64,000 nucleotides of DNA. It comes from Tubulanus polymorphus (Eukaryota > Animalia > Nemertea). Position numbers and translations under genes: made by a program. The number at the start of each line of letters is the position of its first letter. The first letter of the stretch is position 1. The stretch is from contig NC_134025.1 of assembly GCF_964204645.1 (NCBI RefSeq), positions 2,480,001 to 2,544,000 of the forward strand, given 5' to 3'. The notes below the pieces were generated by a model, which was not told the DNA's origin, did no database searches, and worked only from the letters and a program-made list of their open reading frames with translations. Below are positions 54,301 through 64,000 of the stretch, one piece after another.

Positions 54301-55078
54301 TCCTGATTAACCCTGGCAAGACGTAGTGGACACCGTGTCCGATCATACCGGTTTTAATGATTATGAGTCTTGATTTTTAAGAACGTAATGGTAGATTTTA
54401 AACAGTAACATCTATTATCGTGTGTTTGTTTGTGTGTCTCATTCGATGTCGATCTAAAGCCTAGCGCACATCGACACTGCGATTGGAGACAACTAGTTGC
54501 TACCGAACGATTACCCCGCGCACATCGAAATCTAGTTACAACCGGTCAGTTGCAGCAACTGCATGGCGCGTGTCGATCGTCGAGATCCAGAGCGCGCATC
54601 GACGGATATGACTGCGATTGAGTATAACCAGTTGCTCAAAAGTAGAACATGGGCAACTGGCTGGAACTGGAGATAGATTGACGCTTACCAATCGTAAGCT
54701 CGCTCACATCGACACATTTAAGCAACTGATCGTATCCAGCCAGTTCCTCTCATGCGCCAAAAACTGCCTTGCAACTAGTTGTCTCCAATCGCAGTGTCGA
54801 TGTGCGCTAGGCTTAATTCACCAGGAGCCAGTTCTACACGTACAAATTCCCGGTTAAGATTTCACTCAAGAGTTCACACATTGAATGTGAACCAGGGTCG
54901 GATTTAGGGGTCAATTTCGGGGTCTGGACTGCAGCACTATGACATCACGTGCAAGACCTCTTGAGAGTTTCATCAGAGAGGCGAGTCTAGCATCAAATTT
55001 GGAGTTTATAAATACCTGTCTTGATGAAAAGGGCAACCTCAGTCATAATATAATATAGTGGCAATACATACATACATA

Positions 55079-55114
<36 letters not shown>

Positions 55115-56140
55115 TGTATGTATGTATGTATGTATGTATTGCCACTATATTATTATATTATGTATTACATGAACGATATTTGTATACTGTACTTTGTACA
55201 AAGTTACAATAAACGAAATGAAATGAAATGAATTAAGTCAAGTGTAGAACCGGTTTCAGTGTTGCGTGTAGAATTACTGGATTCATATTATTCTAACTAT
55301 GTACATGTATCTAAGGGTGATAATTCGTCGATGTATAGTCAGGCTAACCAGAATAATTGTGTCTCATTTTTAATGGTTTTGACGTGAATCATACTACAAT
55401 AAAAGATATACATTACAGACTAACATCAAAAACTTAACATTTCACCGCAACAGGTGAGGTACAGTCCTAATGCATGTCTCAGTATGTGTACGCATGGTTA
55501 AACCCGAAGCATTTTGAGTGTATGGTGTTTTTGTAATTGAGGATGTTTTCACCCGAGGCTTTTACGGAAATGGTTTGAATTCGCTCTCACATTTTCTATA
55601 TTCCAAATTAAGAACACCGAAAGCTCTTTTCTACGTCAATTTATTTGGTCATAGTTTCACGTGATTTGGAAATGGGACATGCACTTCGATCGACCACAAC
55701 CAATAAAACACTGTCAATAAACATTGATACTGCTATCATAATATCAATCTACTGCATAAATCTTAAGAGAATTTTGTCTTGCATAGTCTATAAGTATAAG
55801 TATGTATTAATAGGCTAATATGTATTGAGATGTGTTGCCTGATTTCGAGGTTTAATCGCCCTTTCTTTTAAGCTAAGCTAATTAGTTTTCCCTCTAGCCG
55901 TGGCTGTCTGTCACTGCACTCGCATCATTAGTAAACAAGTATGATACAAAATGTCGACCCTTTTGAATTTTGAACCATTCATCTTATTTTTCACACTGAA
56001 AATGCTTTAATTTGTAGATGATGAGTGCCATCCGAACTGGAGTGTTGAGTACGAGTCGATTCGGAGTGGTGGATAAGTTAATCGGAGAGGAAATCAACAA
56101 AAAACGAATCACAGTTGATCGAAGTGGAGGCGGTGTCTAG
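48386..56140 (+). CDS. GPD2: Mitochondrial FAD-dependent glycerol-3-phosphate dehydrogenase with C-terminal EF hands
   Basis: [79 protein letters not shown] hands, and C-terminal RSGGGV*. Confidence 0.98.
50068..50172. mobile_element. Foldback/MITE-like imperfect hairpin in a GPD2 intron
   Basis: CATCCTCCCT...GGGATTTGAA is mirrored by TTCAAATCCC...AGGGAGGATG, and pairing extends nearly to the centre. Confidence 0.75.
52439..52676. mobile_element. hAT-like MITE in a GPD2 intron
   Basis: CAGGG...CCCTG ends with internal GGAAAA(G/A)TC-type subterminal motifs. No clear TSD. Confidence 0.45.
54458..54813. mobile_element. PIF/Harbinger-type (Tourist-like) MITE
   Basis: Perfect ~43-bp TIRs AGCCTAGCGCACATCGACACTGCGATTGGAGACAACTAGTTGC, flanked by TAA on both sides. 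Confidence 0.9.
55044..55162. repeat. Inverted repeat enclosing a (TACA)n/(TA)n/(TATG)n microsatellite
   Basis: ATAATATAGTGGCAATACATAC... is mirrored by ...GTATGTATTGCCACTATATTAT. Confidence 0.9.
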
Positions 56141-57620
56141 AACATTATTAACTCATTCAAATCGTTCATCATAAAATGATTATTACATATAATTAGTTCT
56201 CATTATTTTTGTCCTTTATGTCTTGTATTTCCAGTGTATTGTCTAATTGTTTATTATTTATATAATTTCCTGTGTCTCATTAAACGTTACATAAATCTGA
56301 TTCTGTGTCATGTTCACCAGTTTGTTTGAACAGAGAAGTGTAATGGCTTCCCTCGTTTGAAAGAGAATTGAAAAATGATTTGACCTAGTTTTGAAAAATA
56401 AAACGTGCTATAATTGATGTAGTTGATGTATTAATTACATGTATTTCATTCCGGATCTGTTACTGTAATCACTGATATATGTTTTTTGCCGCATCTAGTT
56501 TCATTTTGCGGAAAATAATCTAATATAAACCTTTAGAAAATGTTTGCTTTCAACTGAATTCGACAATACGTTAAATGAAATCAACCCATAGTACATCCTG
56601 TCTGTGTAATAAACAAAAAAACGTATGGGAAATATGTCAACACTGTCTGAGTAATTCAACTCCAAGCAGACTGTCTGGCTCGATGACACAAAAGGTGCTC
56701 TACGTGTATTCTGTGTTCCGTGTACTCGAATTTATTCCTTTTGTATAGAGTACATGGTGCTACGATTCTTCATTATTTTGATCTATATCTTGTCGATTGC
56801 ACAATAGTTTATAAATTATCTTATTTATAATTTCATCGTCATGTCTAGAGATAAAGGCACGTGTAAACATATTTTAGATAATTTATGATAAATTTATGTT
56901 AATGATGTATAAATCTGGATTTCTCATGTAGAAGTGGACCATATGAAATCCAGAAATCCGGATAAAACTGATCTGAATTAAGCGGGTTTACTGTAGTTAC
57001 ACCATGCGGGGATTACGGAGGCAGCCATCTTTAGACTGGATTGTTTAGAATCTACCCGAGGAGTCAATCCATTATTTGATATAAAATCGATGTAGTTTTT
57101 GTATATATGTCAAATAAATGATAAACATCCGAATATATTCTCTGCAAAACCTGTTCAGTCGTTTTTTCATGGTGTTTATTCTGAATTTATCTACCAATTC
57201 GTGAAGAGCGAGAATTCATCCTTTAGTCATTACCAAAAAAATTAGTGAAAAGATTAACAAATTTTTTATTTCTTGAAGAATTAATTGCCAGCGATATAAA
57301 TATTATTTTATACTGCAATGTATACAGATATATTATTAAATATCTAACTATTCATAAATTATTAGACAGATTTGTAATTTAGAATAAAAAAGCAGGCATT
57401 AAAATGTACGAACGATACATCGTTGAATAGGCGGTATATAATATGAAAGAGAATCAACCTCGGTTAATCATATTGGTCCCGTTTGTAACGGGACTCCCAT
57501 TTGATATACCTGTCTCTAATTCCGTAGTCAATAAACATATACACACATCTACATATATAATTTAGATATGATAAGACTGAGACGTTTCCATTCATAGGTG
57601 GAAAATGTCTCTGTCGTTTC

Positions 57621-58151
57621 TTAAGCAAATTTAAGAGTGATTTCCTTATGTTTGTTACCCTTTAATTCATCATATTTGACAACCTCGATATCAGCTTCCT
57701 CCAGCATCATTTTAGAAGCTTTATATTCGTCCCGATCTTGCTTCGTGTGGTGCAGGTAAATCACCTTGACGATTTTCGATTGTATGATCATCTTGGCACA
57801 CTCATTGCAAGGAAAGAATGTTTGATATATTCTGCAGCCCTTTAGTGATGCACAATTCCGGAAAGTGATGGCATTCATTTCAGCGTGACACACGAAATAC
57901 TTCTTAGTATCCAAAATGGCACCTTCTTTTCCCCAACTCATTTTATCATCTGGACAGTTCAAGGGCATACCATTATAACCAACGCCCATTATCTTGTTTT
58001 CTTCGTTCACAACACAGGCTCCAACTTGGAAGACGGGGTCTTTGCTTCGTTGGGCGCTGAGAATGGCAATTCCCATGTGCCATTCGTCCCAGGATATGTA
58101 ATCGTCTCGTTTCTGGCTTTTACACGCAGTTTCACTAGAGGTTGAAGCCAT
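57621..58151 (-). CDS. DCTD: dCMP deaminase paralog B (divergent, intronless, 176 aa)
   Basis: [34 protein letters not shown] and FPCNECAK zinc-deaminase motifs. Confidence 0.93.
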   Translation of the reverse strand: MASTSSETACKSQKRDDYISWDEWHMGIAILSAQRSKDPVFQVGACVVNEENKIMGVGYNGMPLNCPDDKMSWGKEGAILDTKKYFVCHAEMNAITFRNCASLKGCRIYQTFFPCNECAKMIIQSKIVKVIYLHHTKQDRDEYKASKMMLEEADIEVVKYDELKGNKHKEITLKFA

Positions 58152-58405
58152 GTTTTCACGTCAATACTGCCAAAGCATAAAATGCTGTCTGCGCGGTTAG
58201 CATAGCAGTACTACGACAGAGCCGCACCATCTGGCGTATTTTCCGTAATGTGATTGAAAAATTTCAGAGTTTGATTAAGTTATAGTACGATAACCACACT
58301 CGAACGTGGTAAAAAGATGATAAGATAAAAAAAAACCCACTATTTACAAATTAAAAGAATTCTAAAATCGAGAATTTATTCATTGATACAATCTAAAATA
58401 TAAGA

Positions 58406-58505
58406 ACACGACGTTTCGATCTCACCCTAGAGTCATAGTCAGGTGTGACTGACGATGATCTCTAGGGGGTGAGATCATCGTCTAGGGTGATCTGTAGGGT
58501 GAGAT
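58406..58505 (-). mobile_element. Penelope-like/retrozyme terminal remnant with degenerate minimal hammerhead ribozyme and inverted partial copies
   Basis: The minus strand of 58406-58446 reads ACAC-CTGACTA-T-GACTC-TAGGGT-GAGATC-GAAA-CGTC-GTGT. An inverted copy follows on the plus strand: CTGACGA-T-GATCTC-TAGGGGGT-GAGATC. Confidence 0.65.
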
Positions 58506-58520
58506 GTTGATTAAGTTGTA

Positions 58521-58695
58521 TTGCATTGCATTGCATTGCATTGCATTGCATTGCATTGCATTGCATTGCATTGCATTGCATTGCATTGCATTGCATTGCA
58601 TTGCATTGCATTGCATTGCATTGCATTGCATTGCATTGCATTGCATTGCATTGCATTGCATTGCATTGCATTGCATTGCATTGCATTGCATTGCA
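58521..58695. repeat. (TTGCA)35 perfect pentanucleotide microsatellite
   Basis: 175 bp of uninterrupted TTGCA. Confidence 0.99.
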
Positions 58696-59587
58696 TAAGC
58701 CTTTTTACAGTTTCTAGGCGCCATTTTTTGGGTACCAGCTGGGTCCGCATTGTTGAATTATTTGTCCCTATTTCTACTAGTAAAAATATCGATGAACTCA
58801 GTCGATAATCAACTTTATTATGATATCACTCAAATATTGATTTTCAACAAAGTAGGGACCGGTAAAATTGTGAAATTTCCTGATATAAATATGCAAACAT
58901 GATACTCTAGAAAACGTGTTTTGGAAGTTGACTCGCAATTACTTAAAAACTAATACGGATAATTGAAAACGGTAAGAAGCAGATAAGACCACATATAGAT
59001 TTCTATTGATCCTGAAAACTTCAAAAATGTAGATTGAAATTTGTTAGAATAACGAACTTTTGAATGGGATGAGCAATAATTCATGTTGAAATATACAGTC
59101 TGGTATACAGTCAACCCGCATAAGTCGTCATCGAACTAGTCGTATCACATCTATCATTTTTTCTTCTTAAAAAACCTTATAAAATCATGCTCGTATTTTC
59201 ACGAAAATCGTATCAATTTTAGAAGCCAAAGCTTCTGATTCCATTAGAAATAGCTCGCGTAAGTCGCAGCCCGTTATCCCGATAGCAGATAAAAATACGC
59301 TGCTACAATATAGTCTTTGTAAGTTTTTAGAAAATTTGAATTAAAGCTATTCAACTAATTAGAACTTCTATCGGTAGGGCTATAGCTTCAGGGTGTTGTT
59401 TCAATTCGAACGCTCATTCATTGAAATAGCTGAGATTCGTATCGTTAATTCTTACCCTGCAGATATATATCTAAAAGAAAATCTCACATAATTCGTAACT
59501 TTCGTTTATTTTCATATCATTTACATTAATTGACATCAGAAACATGTGTAGATCAAAATGGAAGATCGAGTTTTTACTCGGATCGCT

Positions 59588-60256
59588 TTAGGAATCTATT
59601 GAACTAAAGTCGATCACTATTTGATTTCTACTTCTGACAAAAGGTCTCACATTTACTCGTGCTTTTTCTAACATTTGTCTCGATGCAACGAATTCTATGT
59701 GCTCTTTATATTTATCCGAGAAATAAATCACTTCTTTAATGCCCGACTGTATGATGAGTTTAGCGCATTCGTTACAAGGAAATAATGCTACGTATATTCG
59801 GCAACCTTGAACCGAAGAAGAGTTTTTATTGAGTATAGCATTCATTTCAGCGTGACAGACGAATAGTTTTTTCGTATCTAGAATACTATCCGCTCTGCGC
59901 GCCCACGGCATTTCATCATCCGGGCATCCGAGTGGCATTCCGTTATAACCGATGCCAACTATTTTGTTTTCATCGTTCACAATACAAGCACCGACCTGGG
60001 TATTAGGATCTTTACTCCTCTGAGCCGAGAGAAAAGCAACAGCCATAAAATATTCCTCCCAGGTTATGAAATTTTCTCGTTTTCTATTAATGAAGTCTTT
60101 CGGAGTTGATGGTTTCGGATTTGTGAACACATGGACGTGTTGCAGGTCCTCCCGGTTTTTCGTCGTTACAAATCCAGCCGCACCAGCGATACCAGATGCG
60201 GCGCAGCTTCCAAACAGGTATTTCAGGGCGTGTTTACCGACATGATTCCAAACCAT
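59588..60256 (-). CDS. DCTD: dCMP deaminase paralog A (conserved core, N-terminal extension, no intron in the ORF)
   Basis: [64 protein letters not shown] and IVIDFSSI. First ATG at 60256, with a splice acceptor at 60263-60264. Confidence 0.96.
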   Translation of the reverse strand: MVWNHVGKHALKYLFGSCAASGIAGAAGFVTTKNREDLQHVHVFTNPKPSTPKDFINRKRENFITWEEYFMAVAFLSAQRSKDPNTQVGACIVNDENKIVGIGYNGMPLGCPDDEMPWARRADSILDTKKLFVCHAEMNAILNKNSSSVQGCRIYVALFPCNECAKLIIQSGIKEVIYFSDKYKEHIEFVASRQMLEKARVNVRPFVRSRNQIVIDFSSIDS

Positions 60257-61104
60257 CGTCAACTGAAAATATATTTAATTGCCAACCAGCATCAATTTTA
60301 ACGGATAGTTTCTTATTCGACGCCGGCAAAACAATGAATTTCTATTCAAATTCTAATCAACGATGGAAAATTCACAATTCAAAAGAGTAAGCTTATGCCG
60401 GGCAGAATTATCACAAGTCTAAACTTCATTGTTCTACCAATGGTTTACTGTCTTTCACGAGAAAAATGATATTCGAGTCACTTAACAATTTATGCAGCAA
60501 GAACGGTAGTCTTACAATCGTTACTGTTTTAACTGGCCCGGTACCACCGGTAATGATTGCGTTAACTAGTGGCCACTGTGAACAATTTTGCTATACACCA
60601 TTCCCTATGGGAGTTTCTAGCCATTTGAAATGTTGATATAAAGGCAATGAGTAAGATAAATGTATACAAACATTTCGTAGAGTGAATGTGCTGTAATCGG
60701 GATTCGAACCTGTCAAAGGATAACGAATCCAAGATTGATTACAATCGACATTCCACGTCAATTGTCGAAATAATTATTAAATCATAAAACAACCACTGTA
60801 TATTGTCAATTCAGAATATTAACAAGCTTAAGGGTAAACCATAAATTTGTTGTCTATTGAATGATACTTTATTAATGAAGTAATAATTACTTACATTGCG
60901 TGAAGAGTTGAATTATTCGTGAGATACAAATGCACCTATATTCGAACAGCCCGCGCCGGTCAAATACAGTAGAGTCGAATCCCAGGTTTTCCGATAAATT
61001 CAACCTCGCTTGCCAGGGCTCCATATTTCCAAGGTCGTCGCGCCGTCGAGTCGTTGGTTGCGTAAAGGAAAAAGTTGGAACGCATTAATTAACATCTGAT
61101 AATT

Positions 61105-62651
61105 ATGTCGTTCCTTGTCAGATCGGCGTTGCAGTCATTCAAAGTAACTCGTTGTCTGAATCTGTCGACGCTACGGTACTGTTCTTCCAATGCAACAATC
61201 CACGACAAAATTGATAAATTGGTGAAAAACAACAAGATTGTGTTGTTTATGAAAGGTGTTCCTGAGGCACCCAGGTGTGGATTCAGTAATCTCGTCATTA
61301 GAATTTTAGAAATGCATGGCGTTGACAACTTTGATGCTCACGATGTACTCGAAGATGAAGTCTTAAGACAGGGTGGGTATTAGTTAGTCAGTAACCTGAC
61401 TGTGGTTTAGTTTCACGATCGGATATTTTCACAAACCACAGTCAGGAATGGGAAGGTCATTTTTGTATGAAATCTTCGTCAGCCAATTTGACTGACGAGT
61501 AATTTGCCTGGCATTTCATTGTCTCTTAAGATATCTGTCTCATATTTGTTGTAATCGACGCACAACAGATTCGTAGTTTGTCTGATACCTATAACACCTC
61601 ACCTGACGATCTTAATCCATGTGCAAATCGGCCGTAAAGTGAGAGTAAATTTCCGTCCAGTCAACAGCTGCCATTTTGAAAATTACTGGAGGTGCTGGCA
61701 CCTGTGGACTGAGGCCAGGACAACAGCACAAACTAACAAAACGAAACGACGAAATTTAAAAAAATTAAAAAATCAATTTTTATTCACATTTTTCTTTTAC
61801 CAGAAATTTATTATTTCATTATTTATTATGGAAAACACGAAGACTTGAAATAAAGTTGGAAAACCATCAAAAATAAAAATTGTCGTTTCGTCTTGGAAGT
61901 TTTATATAAATCCTTGTAGGTCCCCTTGTCTTATCATGCCACATGTGCAATACAGAGAAATGGCGGCCAATGGCGAAATTTGTGGAGAAATTAATTAATT
62001 TCTCAAAATAATGTTGATTAATCACTCGAAACATACATAAAATTGGATTATTTCGAAAGGTACCTGTGTTAGTTTGTGAATTAAGCCATTAATTGTGGAC
62101 TGAAGTGAATAGAAAGTATATTTTTGAAGTGTTACTTTTTTCAACCGTGTTTTGGTCCTTGTCATCCCTAACGTTGGTATAAGCCCATCCGATTATAAAA
62201 AGCTTACCACCAACGATTAGGTAACTAACTAGGTATTAGTCAGCCATATTCATCTGACCTACGAAGGGGTCATGCGTTTATTACGTACGCATTAGCGGAG
62301 GGGGCAGACGTACTGTATGTAATGCTTAATGTATATGAAAGAATGGCCGATTTTGCGTAGAGAGGGGGAGGGGGGTTGAAAAATTCAAATTTTATTTGTA
62401 CGTAATAAATGAATGATCCCTTAAGCTGCTTAAAGCACTGGTTCAAGTTTGAAACTCACTCTGGTATTTAATTTCTATTTAAAGGTATCAAAGATTTCAG
62501 TCAATGGCCGACGATTCCTCAAGTATATATTGATGGTGAATTCCTGGGTGGATCTGATATAATGTTGGACATGCATAAAAATGGTGAACTTGTGGAAGAA
62601 TTGAAGAAAATTGGAATTAAGTCAGCTTTGTTAGATGCTCCAAAAGCGTAG
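61105..62651 (+). CDS. GLRX5: Mitochondrial monothiol glutaredoxin 5, 2 exons
   Basis: Basic presequence, then [15 protein letters not shown] and VLRQG|[24 protein letters not shown]. Exons at 61105-~61372 and ~62485-62651. Confidence 0.97.
61395..61446. repeat. Intronic inverted repeat (14-bp arms)
   Basis: CCTGACTGTGGTTT...AAACCACAGTCAGG. Confidence 0.85.
62265..62421. mobile_element. Short MITE (Harbinger-like ends) in the GLRX5 intron
   Basis: AGGGGTCATGCGTTTATTACGTAC ... GTACGTAATAAATGAATGATCCCT, followed by TAA. Confidence 0.75.
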
Positions 62652-63187
62652 ACTAATCACATGATTCATGTGATAAGAATAAGAGACATTTGACAGGCTT
62701 AATTGATTATTGATCTACGTTTACTGTGGATGTGCCGATAGTTTAGCTCAGAATGTTTTGTAGTCATTTATGAATAAATAATAATTAAATCGTTTTTAAA
62801 AGAAAGAATCTTGCTGGATTATATTGACATAAAGGATCTAAGCTAACGGGACAGAGCTGGGTAAAAGAGCCAGGCAGAGACTGAATTCAATCTATTCCTG
62901 CGGTGTCAGAGGTCGACACTCAGTGTCTCAGTCGAAGGAACTCGTATAGGTCGAGAAGATACACAATTCATCCGTGTAAGATTTTTCTTAATACGTAAGA
63001 AATGACATAGATGATTTTAGCCAAAGACGTCTAAAAGTTCTTGTCAGTCGGGCGTTCTTAGTTATTCAGTTGACCGCTAGTGCCATCGTCCAGCTCGATT
63101 GCCTATTATACCAACGTTGTTTTATTGCAGTAAATAGCTTCATCGATATGACTCCCCCGTTTGGGATTTAAACCTGTAGCACTAAAC

Positions 63188-63195
63188 CCGGAAGT
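63188..63195 (+). promoter_or_regulatory. ETS-type CCGGAAGT promoter motif
   Basis: Lies just before a putative 5' UTR exon (donor at ~63318) of the last gene. Confidence 0.4.
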
Positions 63196-63496
63196 AAAAT
63201 AAAAGATGATAACAGTCAGACCCATAACAAACTCATCAAAACACGTTTAGACTTGTTTTATCTGATGATCAACAGCAAAAGTTACTAAAACCGTTGTTTT
63301 GTCTGTGTTTTTGTGAGGTAATTATGAATGAGATGCCTTTCTGAAGCATTTCTGAAGTTCGTATGTGTTTTCGTTATCATCAAATACAATTCAATCGCTT
63401 TATTGTTTTACTTCTTTACTACTTACTTTTACTAGACGGCTTTCAAGAATTTATTGAAATTTTATTTAATCTTCAATTGAATAGAAGAACGGTGCG

Positions 63497-63674
63497 ATGA
63501 TGGACGACCTGTTTCGATTTGCTGGCGATATTGAGTTTAGTGAAGAAATTCCGATTCCTGGTCAAATCGCGGAAGTTAAACTAAAACAATATTCGGAAAC
63601 TTGTAACTTCCTCCAACACAAACGTCCGCTGACTCCAGAACATCCTTATTTCTTTGCTCAAGTTAATTCATTAG
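63497..63674 (+). CDS. First coding exon of a possible SPRY-domain (SPRYD3-like) gene, continuing beyond the window
   Basis: FLQHKRPLTPEHPYFFAQV resembles the RPLT..xYFEV segment of SPRY domains. The exon has an acceptor upstream (~63434/63484) and a donor at ~63675. Confidence 0.45.
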
Positions 63675-63982
63675 GTGGGTAGGAAAGTTTTGCCATTTTG
63701 AAAAATTTACTGCTTCATAATTAGGCTCGCTGAAACGGTTAAATCGCTCGGGCAACAAGTCCTATGACAGTTATTTAAAAGTTTCAACTCAACTGTAACT
63801 GAGCCAGTTTCTCACAATCGCTTTAAAGCAATCGAGTTGAAACAAACATAACTTTCACCAATCGGTCGTTGCAAGATATCAACAATCGATCGTTTCAGCT
63901 GCTAATAGCGTGATCACAATCGGAATCGCTGGTCCCGATATCAATGATGACGTTCATCCCGGAAACTGGAACAATACCGTTG

Positions 63983-63996
63983 GTTACCATAGCAAC
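63983..63996. promoter_or_regulatory. Consensus RFX X-box
   Basis: GTTACCATAGCAAC matches GTTNCCATRGNAAC exactly. Confidence 0.55.
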
Positions 63997-64000
63997 ACTG

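Noticed and set aside
58462-58808. ORFs encoding (MQCNA)n and (HCIAL)n
   Set aside because: Translations of the stop-free (TTGCA)n microsatellite, with no evidence of coding function.
60683-60715. tRNA T-arm-like GGTTCGAATCCC on the minus strand (similar fragments at 48640-48680 and 63150-63178)
   Set aside because: No full cloverleaf can be built; at most tRNA-derived SINE fragments.

Overview
AT-rich, gene-dense eukaryotic DNA with short GT-AG introns. The gene content suggests a marine invertebrate animal, plausibly a lophotrochozoan, but the species cannot be established from the sequence. Genes assembled by eye, in order: a possible decayed glycosyltransferase pseudogene; a ~19-exon M1 aminopeptidase; an intronless basic ORF of unknown function; a divergent nicotinic-type Cys-loop receptor subunit; a small mucin-like membrane protein; a Stum/SPEC3 homolog; an Arg/Ser-rich small ORF; a secreted tandem PAN/Apple protein; a mucin-like type I membrane protein; an FMRFamide-receptor-like GPCR; LRRC74-like; EFCAB3/SPATA21-like; GPD2; two tandem intronless dCMP deaminases; GLRX5; and the start of a possible SPRY-domain gene. 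Non-coding DNA holds MITEs, hairpins, microsatellites and remnants of minimal hammerhead ribozymes. No prokaryotic-type system (CRISPR array, operon) is present. The best leads are the asymmetrically diverged dCMP deaminase pair, the receptor subunit with a remodelled ligand site and pore, the GPI-type truncated AGMEN aminopeptidase, the hammerhead remnants, an element shared by two 3' UTRs, and recurring RFX X-boxes. All exon boundaries were read manually and no database searches were run.
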